DNA of 64,000 bases from Paragordius varius (Eukaryota; Animalia; Nematomorpha), in NCBI GenBank assembly GCA_964247055.1, contig OZ176050.1, positions 5,270,001 through 5,334,000 on the forward strand, in the 5' to 3' direction. This document shows positions 26,089 to 37,818 of this stretch, piece after piece (position 1 is the first letter of the stretch; the number at the start of each line of letters is the position of its first letter). Made by a program: the position numbers and the translations under genes. The notes under the pieces are model-generated. The model was not told the origin of the DNA. It did no database searches and saw nothing but the letters and a program-made list of their open reading frames with translations.

Positions 26089-26939
26089 GACGTCCATAAA
26101 TTTTTTTGTAAAAATGCGTCTGCTTAAAAATCTAAGCAATGTTTTGTAACGTATTTTATGGTAATTCGAAACGAAACGGTTTAGCAGCATTTTGTTATGT
26201 ATAAATTTCCTTCCATATTCGATACTAGTTTCGATGCTTCCCCATGTTTCCATTTTGTTGGCTGACGGGAGAATGAATGATTTTTTGTCGAATTCATTAA
26301 TCATATTTTCAATCAACGTATTATTTTTGATATTCCTTTGAAGAAAAATCGTCCGAAATATCCTCATTTACAACGGCAATAATATCTATATTAATACGTT
26401 CCTCTGCATCAATAAAAGTTGTCAGCTATATTTTTCTGCTCAAAACTGAGTTAATTTTTGATCTTGCCTCTAAATATGCAGCGGCTCTAGAAATTTTCCG
26501 GTATCGTTCAACAAGTAAGCAATATAATGATTCAAACATGATGGGAGACCAAAAACAAATACAATCAAATTTAAATATTATGTAAAATTTTATTTTTTAA
26601 AAATAAGAAAATATGATAATTACTCTTTTTGGCGGTGGAACCGGAGCCGGGCTGGTTCTAACCCAACGAAATCGATCCGGTTCAATGCTCTGCCTTTCTG
26701 ATAACTACTTCTTAATTAACAGTATATATAACTTTTAACTGTTCACAAAAAGTTATAATAATAATAATTCAAAACTTGTATATTTCTAATTTAAGCGCCG
26801 AAATCTAAATATAATCAATTTTTTGACTTAGATGAAAAAAAGTTTGGTTGAGTCGATATGTTGGATTATATTATGTAAATACCAGTAAAAGATTATGCAT
26901 ATATAACGACCAACTTGAAGTGGATATGGTATATTAATT

Positions 26940-28035
26940 AATATCCCAAAAAAATATCCTGATGACCTATATATATATTCTGATAGGAAAATGCATCAGG
27001 ATTATCATGGTGCTTTTGGTCTTAGCTCTTACGAGTGATATAAGAAAGTTATTTACACTTCAATGACAATTTGTGCACAATTTTTAAATAAAGTTATTTG
27101 GTGAAAGCTAAATGCTTCCTCTCTTCCAAAAAATATCACTAATATATATCATAAATTACACAAAAGCAAAACAATATTTTTAAATGTTAGTTTCGAAAAT
27201 CCCAAAATTTTTCATTCTAAAATGGGCCAGCTCTCTTAAAATAAACGCAAAAAATCCGAAATCTGGCGATAAAAATTTCAAATGTATACTATATTTTGAT
27301 ATCAATTAAAATTATCTTATCTTTCAAAAAATGCATAATTTTTTGAAAGTACTTCACACTATTCTGATGCATGATGGAAACGGTATATAAACACTTTTTC
27401 TATATAATTTGAAGATGCCGAACCTTTCTATCGCTTTATTTTAGAGTTTAAATGCTTCCAAATTTTGGTGAATGTAAAAAACACATTTAACTTATAATTG
27501 AGTAGAACGAATATTTAAATTAAAATTTTGAGGTGATAAAAATGTTCAGCATCATTAAATTGTAGATAAAGTCTTATAATATCATGAAGCATTTTTTATG
27601 CGTTTCCATCATGCCAAAGTAGTATGAAGTGCCCTTTAACAATTTTTTTAAGTTGATATTATTTAGCATATATTTATAATTTTACCGTGCAATCGGTATT
27701 TTTGCGTTTATTTGAGCGAACCTTTTTAGAAAAGCGAAAACATTTGGGTTTCAGGCTCACATCTATTAAATATTGTTTTGCTTTTTATATGTAGTGTATG
27801 ATATATTTTAGTGATATTTTTTTGAAGCACTTAGCTTCAAAAAATTTATTTAAAAAAGTGTACAAATTTGGCCATTTTCTGATCTGGACTTACCACAAAA
27901 TAATGATTTTTTTAAATTACACGTGAGGGTCAAAACTAAAAGTACTATGATAATTCTGATATATTTTTCTATCAGTATATATATATATATATATATCAGT
28001 ATATTTTTTTATATCCCCCGAATTTTGACGCAGTA
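26940..28035. mobile_element. Family B near-palindromic non-autonomous element (arms ~450 bp)
   Basis: 26945-27400 (AATATCCTGAT...ATCAGGATTATCATGGTGCTTTTGG...) is mirrored by the reverse complement of ~27590-28030, ending CCCCCGAATTTTGACGCAGT. Fragments also at ~6790-6870, 7420-7600, 29260-29330, 39840-40020, 60540-60626 and 61552-63500. Confidence 0.7.
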
Positions 28036-28441
28036 TTATTTTAATTACATTAAAATTTTAGGTTTCACCAGATCTATTAACACTACTGTTAATCAGCTGG
28101 TAGTAGCATTTAAATTTTTGCATTTAATTCTCGTATATGGCGTTACCTCCTGTTTTTGGTGATTTTAATAATTCAAAACTCCATCTTTTACTATATCTAA
28201 CAAAACTTTCAAACAATGACAGATGCACATTGATTCATCAGCCTTTATATAAATTAACTTAACATTTTAAATTAAATTGAAATAATTAATGAGAGTTCAT
28301 TCATCTCATGAGAAATAATGTGATATTTTCCCAACTTTAAAACGGTATAATTAAAATTTTTATTATTACGAAGGTTTTATATTCCTTTTATGAGATTGTT
28401 TCACGTAAACAAGCATTCGTTATGTAATATTTAAATAACAA

Positions 28442-31400
28442 ATGAGAGAAAACATTCAAGAGAGATTACAAAAACTCAAAAATACAGGTAGTTTTATCAT
28501 GGAATGATTTCAGATAAAGCGATAAATATTATTGACTTAAAGCAAGAAGTAGAAAAAATATTTCCATGCAGCCTAAAGCCAATAATATCGCTTTTCAATA
28601 TGAATGATTCTGGTATTATTTCCTAAAAACTAGCAATGTATTTTGGATCATATTGTTTAAAGGGCGATTTTTTTTGTATCGAGTTGAACTTGCATTGCCA
28701 ATTATTAATAAGGTGCTATCTAAACAAATAATTGATATTATAGGTTTGTGTTTAATTATGGCATTTTTTGATTGTTATGAATTGGTTTAACAAGAAACAA
28801 TCATGTTTTTGCGGTGAAACGACATGTAAACTCCAAAATGACGCTAAACAAATGGTTGACAATAAATTATCTTTTGACGTCCTGGTATTTTTACTCTCTG
28901 GCTAAATTATTTTAACTGGCTAGACTTGTTGTCGAAATATTAATAAATATTATTTATTAGTAAGACTGAATGGTGGGTGCATCTTCATTTTATTTCTTGT
29001 ATACGGAAATTTTAATCATATTGTGTTATAATTATTATAAATTTTCTATCATTAAATATAAAGAAAAGGGTGGTGTGGGTTTTTGACCGTTTAAAAATAA
29101 TTATAAAAGTTAGAGTGCAACTAAACCAAAAAAGTGAAGGTAACCGTACCTTGTTATAAGAGCATTAATATAATAACAGCCCTCAATGAAAATCTGATAA
29201 ATGTCAAAATTTTTTATATTATTTTGTGTTTTGATCTCCTACATATGTTTATAGTAAGTCCATATATATTCTGGTAAATAAGCTATATCAGGATTCTCAT
29301 GGTTATTCTGGTGTTTGCTTCATCCATATAATATACTAAAATTTGTTGCAGCTCAAAATTAGAGAATTGCCTATTTCGCTAACACGTCTATTTTTTGGCA
29401 GATAAATATTTATGTCTAATAGGCAAATGATTTGGCTTAATTTTTAATTATTATACCCTTGGATGACATTAAATAGCCGGATTACATCTAGATCCCTTTT
29501 TGAAAAAAATCGCCTGCTTTTTTTGAATCAAGCTTTTTAAATTTTTGTTAATTTTTTTTTACTATTTTGCACCATAAAAAAGTGTAATACAAATTATTAA
29601 CGTCAGCAATTTATTGATATTAATTTAACCTCCATTAAAAATTTGTGCCTTACAATTATTTTAAATTTAAATAAATTTGGGGGCCTTTTAGCAGATATAA
29701 ATTTTCAGCTGCATCGAATTATGATATAGAGTGTTTTGGTCTGAATATCTTATATTGGTAAATATTTTGAAATCGGATATTAACAAGGTATGTTTTTTTC
29801 AAAAAAAATATTTTTTTACATAAATGCAGCCTAATTCCTATCTTGCGCTCATTTTTATTTAGTATTTAGGTGGGAAAGCTATTGAAGAGCTAACGTATGA
29901 TTCGATTAGTAGAGGTGGTCGTAGCCCAGAACTACTCAAATCATGTCAAGCCACATTCTCCCAAATCGTTGTATAAAATTTTTTATTATTTTTGTGAAAC
30001 AGTAAATTTAGTTTAATTACAGAACCTGGGCTGGAAAATTTTAAAAAACGCCTTTTTATTTGTTTTTTTGATAATATTGATTTGAAAAAAACGGTGACAT
30101 AAATTTTATTATTTGAAAATTAGTTTAAAAATGTGCTTTATCATTTATTTCTCTTATTTTAGAGAGATCCATTGGAAAAAACGAAGATGACTTTAAAAAT
30201 AAATGAAAATCATATTGTATTTACAGAAAAAAGAAAACAGGTATTTTTAATTATATAGCTGCTCTATCATATAGCAAACTAATTCAATCACATCTGATAA
30301 TTGTTGTACCAGAATATAATTATTTACATATATATATATATATATAGAATTAAATATTTTCCGTCTTTAATCACTTTAGATTGTCCATATTTCCAGCCGT
30401 TAGGATAAATAAATATTAACGTTTATGAGTTTTATTTGATCAAGATTTGATACAAAACTGTTTCTCGTGGAAAAATTTAAATTAGTTCCTAAGAGACCTA
30501 TTAATAAAAACTAACAATAATCTTCTTCTAGATTTTGAGGAAAAATAAAATGCCTCATAGCTTTTCTATTTGTTTCAATAGTTTATCTAAATGGCTTTAA
30601 CTCAAATTATTTTTATTAAAATTCCGTATAATATCAATAATTTTTAGAAAAAAACATCTCTAAAAATGTTTTTTACCAATCTGGATAAAATAGCCGCTAG
30701 CTTTTATAGAAGTAATGCAATGGGAATAGTCGTTTTTGAAGTTCATGAACGATGTTTTGTAACACACGCCATATACCAATACAATATGGTAACTAATGAT
30801 ACATGAATACGCTTTCTTATATTTAACTTTCTCTGGGAATATATACCATTTCCCAGGTAAAAAAACGTTTTCCCAGTCAATCAAATTTTCCCAGTCAATC
30901 GTAACGTTTTCTCAGTCAATCGAAACATTTTCCCAGTCAATAAAACATTTTCCCAATCAATAAAAACGTTTTCCCAGTCAATAAAAACGGTTATATTTTT
31001 GATGATAAATATCAAAACAAGATATAAAATTAACTTTTAACCATTATCAGCCTAATATTAGGACATTTTTTATAAAAACCAATTATTGAATGACAATTTT
31101 TCCAATTATAATCCAATGCACAATCATCAATGACTTATTCTTCAAACGTATATTTTTTGGATTTCGAGATATTTATAAGATAATATTTTTATTTTATCGA
31201 TGGTTCGCATTAATATTTACGGCTAACTTATAAAATCTATAGTTACGGATGAAATAATAAAAATTATAAAAATAAACCATTTTTATCTCAATTTTAAACA
31301 TGTCAAGTTTGTCGATAAAAATACTATCGGAAAATTATATCTAAAAAAATTTTTTAGATAAAAATGTTTTTGATTAAAAATATTATATAAAAAAGATATT

Positions 31401-34400
31401 CCAACACAATGTCTTCGCGGGCGGCATTTTTAACTCAAAAAGCACGGCGTTACGCATTCGAAATATATACAGGTATTTATAAATAATTTATTTGATTTTA
31501 GACATAAGAAGGTAAAATACAAACACAATATAACAATTTTTTTAACGCGTTGCCAATATAATCGTTCAGAATAATTGCGTAAGAAATATGAATTTTACTA
31601 AGATTTTGTGAGCATTTTGCATATGGATTTCAAATTTTTTCGCGGGCCGTACAAAGAATCTCGGAGGGCCGCGTTTGGCCACCCCTGGACCAAATGATAA
31701 ATATTATATAAACAATATGAAGTGTTAAATGACCTTTGAGATAAAAATGGCATATTTTTATAAATTTTATTATTTCATTTGTAACAATACATTGTCGCAA
31801 ATATTAATGCGAACCATCGATAAAATAAAAATATTATCTTATAAATATCGCAAATTCCAAAAAATATAACTTTTGTCATAAATGATTGTGCACTGGAATA
31901 TAATTGAAAAAATTGTCATTCAATAATTGTATTTTTATTTAAAAATAATATCTATTCCGCTGATAATGGTTTAAAGTTATTTTTATATCTTGTTTTATTT
32001 GATATTTATATCATCAAAAATAAAACCGTTCTTATTGACTGGGAAAACGTTTCGATTGACTGGGAAAACGTTTCGATTGACTGGGAAAATGTTTTGATTG
32101 ACTGGGAAAACGTTTTTTGACTGGGAAAACGTTTTTTGACTGGGAAATGGTATATTATTTTCTTTAAACCAGCTATATTAGAATCATTATATTATCTAAA
32201 TCAGGAGTAGCCACCACGCGGCCCTCCAAAATATTTCTGCAGCCTATGAGAAATTTTGAACACAAATTTTACGATATCCAAGAATTATTTTTTTAAAAAA
32301 TTTTCTGAAGAAATCGCAATGAACAAGCTAAAAATCCTAAAATAAATAGTAGCTTTTATGGGCTTATGTTTAAAATTTAATAAAATATTTGTTAACGCCC
32401 ATATATTTTGTGAATGCGATCCGCCGGATTTTTTTGTCTAAAAATGCGGCCCGCGAAGCCATTTGTGTTGGACACCCCAGGTCTAAATCCATAAAATAAA
32501 TTACTCTATTTGTTATTTCCAAAGTTTAATAACGGGTTTTGCCATCGCGGCCACTGCCACATGCTTAAGAGCTGATGTCCTCTTAGCAAAAAATGTATTT
32601 AATAAATAGCCTTATAAGAATTTTTCTGAAAATTTGTCATACAGACCAATAGAATTGGACATTCCTTAGGATTAGCATTTAAACTTAACGAACAGAAAAT
32701 CGCAAAAGCCAAACATTTGTTGGAGGAAGTGACAGATCAAACCAAAAAATCGGAAAGCGTAATATCATGGTTCAAATCATCACCGGCTATCAAAACGGAT
32801 GATGATCCTTTAAAGCTTCACGAGGAAAAGATTTTAGATTATCCCCTACAAGAAGAGCAAGAAGGTATACAATCTCCAAAAAACGAGGTTAAAGCGGAAT
32901 TATCAGCATCATCGTTGGATGATGGAAGTTTACTTTTAGAACAACAGTCAAAACAGGATTTGCATGGTGCAGAAAATATTCCTTTGGTCATATCACTTCC
33001 TTCCACACCGATTTCTTCTACCACGCATTTGGAAAAACAAAATGTTCCGATCGTTATACAGTCCCCGACTCCTCTCGTAACGAATGATGTGATGACAATA
33101 GCAAGTTCCCCAAAATCTCAAGAAGGGCCTATTATAGTAATCGTCATTTATAAAAAATAAATGCAGCAAATTTTAATTTATATACCAAAAAACTAGGTCT
33201 ATTTTTTAGATTTCCGCATAAAATTGTTTTGTAAATTAACAGCCCATTAGTGACACACCACCCTTGGAGGATACGATAGAAATTAAGGATATGGAAGACA
33301 TTAATGTTTCACCTCTTAAAGATAAAGAATCTAAACAACAAAAAGAAGAGTATAATAAAATTATTGCCCCACCAGAAGAATTTAAAAGGATTGAAATTCC
33401 TGCGAAGCAGCCCATTTCAGATATAATTCAAATTAAAGATGACGTTCAACCATTTAACATTATAATGCTGTCGCTGATTGGTATGCATATTTTTACAATC
33501 TATAGAAACCATTCAAACTGGTATAAATTTTAGCTCTAATTTACGATATGCTAAAAAGAATGTACAGATTTAATACGGAGATTTGGTAAAATTTGAAGAA
33601 TAAACTATTTTAAAACGGGTTTTGAAGCAAAAGGAATTGATTATAATTCTGTGTAGACTAAATTACATTTATATTGTCCTCGATGATATCCTAGACGAAT
33701 TATTGTAAATAAACTACTGTTTTGAAAGCTATCTTATTTTTAATTTAATTATGAAGCATTTTCCTCCTGCATTACAAATAAAAGCTTACGTATTTTTATT
33801 TTTTTCCAATTGTAGTCTAAACCAAAACATTATTGAAATAAACAGCTGATTTTAAAAATAACAATTATCTAGTGTTTGGTAAATTGTAACAAAGCTTACA
33901 TTTTCTTATTATAATAAACATTAAGCCTATTGTATTAGCGATTAAAATTTTTAGAAAAAAATGACGGAGGATTTTTTTACAATTTAACTTTTTTTTGAGC
34001 ATGCGCCGAAAAAGAAATCATCTTTTTTAATTTGGAATATCTTAAATGCTATTTAAAATATTTAAACTAATTGCTCATTTAAATATAAAAATAATTATTA
34101 AGGGATCATTTCATTAAAAAATTAAATGATTTTCTTTGGGAAATTGCTATAAGTTTGTTTGCCTTTATACTCGAAAAAATTAGGAGATCCAATTTTTCAA
34201 TTCCAAAAGATATTAAATACTTGGCTTTATCACTGAAATCATTTTTTTAAAATTTGGGTTAAATATCATATCAGCCATTTTTTTAAAAGTTCATTTTCAT
34301 ATTCATTTTCGCTACTTAGATAAAGTAGTGGCAGTCAAAAATTTTAACATATAGTGTTTAAATAATATAAATGAATTATAATCTTTTGCAGAGGTGTATT

Positions 34401-34760
34401 AGAGGTGGATTATATTATAAATTTTAATTAGCTTCCTTATTCCAAGCAGTTCAAAATGCAAGCTTGGGTCCTTCAAATGATGCAGAATTTGAGATACATG
34501 CAAATATCGATACCGTTTCCGAATTGACAATGGAAAATAATAGTGATATAGAAAATTGGATTAAATCTCAGCCGTATGAACATACAAACAACCCATACAG
34601 AGTAAAAATTTTAAACCATAAAGATGAGAATTCTCTAAGAGAGGATCTTATTATGCTTATAATGATTCCTTCGTCATCCGATTTAAAATGTAACACAAAT
34701 GATATTGAAATGCTAGTTAATGATAAGCTTTATAAATTTAAAATTGATAATTATGTCTAA
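28442..34760 (+). CDS. Unrecognised multi-exon gene, possibly a PTB/PID-like adaptor; model incomplete
   Basis: Phase-consistent exons 28442-28487, 28514-28612, 28634-~28712, further small exons near 28795, 29870 and 30165, then ~32525-32594, 32645-33136, 33243-33480, from 33506, 34392-34404 and 34432-34760. Segments AMYFGSY, MTLKINENHIVF and TNRIGHSLGLAFK only loosely recall a PTB fold. Acidic S/P-rich middle region. Confidence 0.4.
30842..32154. mobile_element. Foldback-like element with ~380-bp TIRs carrying ~20-bp tandem repeats
   Basis: 30842-~31220 is the reverse complement of ~31795-32154. Outer parts carry 5-6 units of TTTTCCCAGTCAATCGAAACG. Ends TA|TACCATTT ... AAATGGTA|TA. Confidence 0.85.
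31410..31687. mobile_element. hAT-like MITE fragment nested in the foldback spacer
   Basis: GC-rich subterminal motifs ending GGGCCGCGTTTGGCCACCCCTG; left end not identified. Confidence 0.5.
32202..32480. mobile_element. hAT MITE, 279 bp
   Basis: Termini CAGGAGTAGCCAC / GTTGGACACCCCAG; 8-bp flanks ATCTAAAT / GTCTAAAT (7 of 8 match); subterminal GCGGCCC motifs. Confidence 0.75.
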
Positions 34761-35879
34761 TCGTTTTTATATATTTTTAAATGATTTCGTGATTTATACA
34801 CAAAAATATAATGAATAAAATAAAATAATGTGTATGTTTTATAAAACATTTGAATCTTATTAACTAATTTTATTTAATATATTCATAAAATTATGAGCTA
34901 TATATAAAAGGACGTAGTAAAGGCTAAACTAAATGTATGTATAGAGATAGCACAGCAATATTGCATAAAACTCAAATCTTGACTAAAAATTTGTTATAAT
35001 TTGTATATTGATCACGCTTTCTTTGGTTTGAGTTTTTTGTATGCATAATCTATGGCCAAATTGTCAATCCCTAAGGACATAATAAAAAATATAGTAAACT
35101 TATTAAATTATGTTCAACTAACAGAGTGATGGGCTAAAAACGTATCATTTAATTTTCAATGTAAAATTTATCATAAACTTTCAGTTTAATCTTCGTTCAT
35201 ATTATTTCATGGATTTAAAAACTTATTACAAAACATCTTCAATCCGTCATTTACCTTTACAAAAATTAGATTAGTTAATATATTTTCAATGAGGGATTTG
35301 TCATATATTTACCCATTAAACGTTCTATGCGTTTTACACTTAGGTATGATAGCATAGTGTCCTTACTAGTATAAAGATATTAAGAAAAATAGTAAAAACA
35401 TAACATCTATAAGTTAATTGATATTCATAGTATGTTTAACTCTTTTTTCAATTGTACAAATCATAAAATGTAAAAAATTTTAGATAAATTACAAAAGCGT
35501 ATATAAAATTTTTCTCATAAAACTTTTTATTTATTGAATATATAAAGTTACAGTGTTTCACGGCAAAATAAATACAACTCAAAATACAATAAAATCTATT
35601 AAAGTTAATTATGTAAATACTATGCAAATACTTGTATATTTAAATTTTATATATTAAGTTTATACAAGCCGCTTATTTTATTTTAATGCTCTCTAAAAGA
35701 AATCCAATTTATAAACGTATCGGATAATTGAAACAAAAGCTATAAACAATGAATCTACATACATCACAATCATGAAACGATACCTCTGATTCGTAATTTA
35801 GCTCTTTTTTGATAAATTAAAAACATATATATTCATATATTTTGATAAAAACAGCGGAGTTGTTAAAAAAACTAAGAAA

Positions 35880-37745
35880 CTAGCTGAAATAATATAATAT
35901 CATGTCATTACCTTTAGCCTCCTGCCAACCGGCCAAAAAGACTTCGTTATCTTGACCCATAAAACGCAAATCACATCGATAGTATAAAGCTGTAAATATA
36001 GCACTTGCAAAAGTTATGTAGGACATTAGGAAAATTCGCACACGAGTAAAGGGCGACAAAAATATCACATATAAAATGGTGAGGATAAAAACAAACCAAA
36101 AACCTAATGTTATGTATGGTATAAGGGCTAGACCTATGACAAACAATTTTTCAATTAGTTTAGCAAACATGCTGTTGAGAGTGTTATTAGCAGCGTTCGT
36201 AATATCATTCGTTGATTTTGTAAAGTTTGTGTTTGGTAACCCCTTGAATGAATAATCATAAAATGGCTGAAATGGAATAAATGTTTCCACAAATGTAAAT
36301 TTATCTTTATCCTGAAAATACTTTTTTGCATTCAGATTATCTCCGTCGGATTCATTTGAAGAGGAATTAGATTTTAGATATTTATCAGGACTCTCCCTGC
36401 AATACTTATATTGATTCTGTAATATACGATCCTTTGAGGACCACAGTGAACGACACCAATTGACTAGATGATTTTCATTCAAATATTTCGTATGTGACGT
36501 TATGCCATATTTAGTCGTAAAAGTATTATTGTAATCGTTTTTACCATTGCATGTTATTTCATTCGTGTTCCCTTCATTTTCTGTAATTTTAAACAAAATA
36601 GGATGCATAAAGAAAGGCTAAAAGAAAATTAGGTCATTATAGGTAGGTATGTATAGAAAAACATTCAAAAGATATTATTGTTAATACAATCCAAACTTGA
36701 AGTAAATAATAATATAAAAGCACTATATAATACCAGATGAAAAAAGGTCTGCGAGATAAACATTGCGACAACTGAATTTAACTACTCCAGGATATTGACC
36801 ACGAATAAAACCATATTCCGTGCAAGGGGAATCAACCAGTTCATCGCGCTCAGACCATCCACATGCCATTCTTGGTGCTAGATTGTGTACTTTGGAATAT
36901 GCATTATCGTGAAAAATATTTCGTTGGAAAAATGCCGTTTTTTCATTGAGAAAATTTGATTTGTGATGATAACTTACGGTAACATCAATTATTTTATCTA
37001 AATGATACTCTAAAAATTATTTAAACTGTGATTTTACTATTATGCATTTCTTTTATCATATAGGTAAGCCCTGTCGTACGAGGTTGCAACAAGTAATTAT
37101 ATATAGGTAAATTATGTTTTTTAGAGTATTCTTTGCTTTTTTGAATATTATTTGGGCTAAAATCGGTGCCTTCTGGAAATAAAACAATCTAAAAAATTAT
37201 AATTAAAAAACTTTGCATGGATAGTTTAATGATGCAAAGTATTCAATGGTTTGTGATAATATATGTTGGTCTTGTTCCCATTTTCGGTTAATAAAGATAA
37301 AGTTTGCCATTTGCATTGCCCACCCTAGAGTAAAATAAAAAAAACCTGCACCAGGCAAAGTTTTCAATGGAGCTTTTAAAACAATTTTATGGTTCAAGAG
37401 AATTCCCATTCTGAATAAGCATGACCAAAAAAACAACCAATCCACACGACTGTAGTGATTCATCAAAATTAGCGTGGTTTCAGAATCGGTAAATGATAAA
37501 TTGGGATCAATTTCCAATACTACCGTTATTCCAAGAAAATTTTCGATTAAGGCCTAAAAATTAAGATCCTTTACCACAACAAAGAGAAACCATAAATATA
37601 CTATTACATCCACAAGCTTTCGATATATAGAGGGATATATGAATACAAGGCATAAAAATGGTAATAAAAAGAATACGGCGCCAAAAAAACTAGTTAAAAA
37701 CAAGGATAATACAAAAACTACACCTTTGAACTGTCTAATATACAT
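35880..37745 (-). CDS. LCLAT1: Lysocardiolipin acyltransferase 1 (LCLAT1/AGPAT8-like)
   Basis: Exons 37745-37575, 37553-37346, 37324-37212, 37188-37038, 37009-36734 and 36580-35880 are all phase-consistent. Motifs LMNHYSRVDWLFFW, LKTLPGAG|WAMQ, LFPEGTD, QPRTTG, DVTVSY, NWCRSLWSSKD. Introns are 21, 21, 23, 28 and ~153 nt. Confidence 0.92.
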
Positions 37746-37818
37746 ATGCTCTTCACATGTTAATTATGAAATAGTGCAAAACCATCCCATATATGCCTAA
37801 CTACACATTATGATGCAT

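Noticed and set aside
30660-30884. 74-aa ORF beginning MIDWENVF, and 61247-61537
   Set aside because: Translations of tandem subterminal repeats in non-coding transposons.
30855-30990. 20-21-bp repeat arrays (also 32030-32150 and 90-152) as possible CRISPR arrays
   Set aside because: Head-to-tail units with no unique spacers, eukaryotic context and no cas genes.
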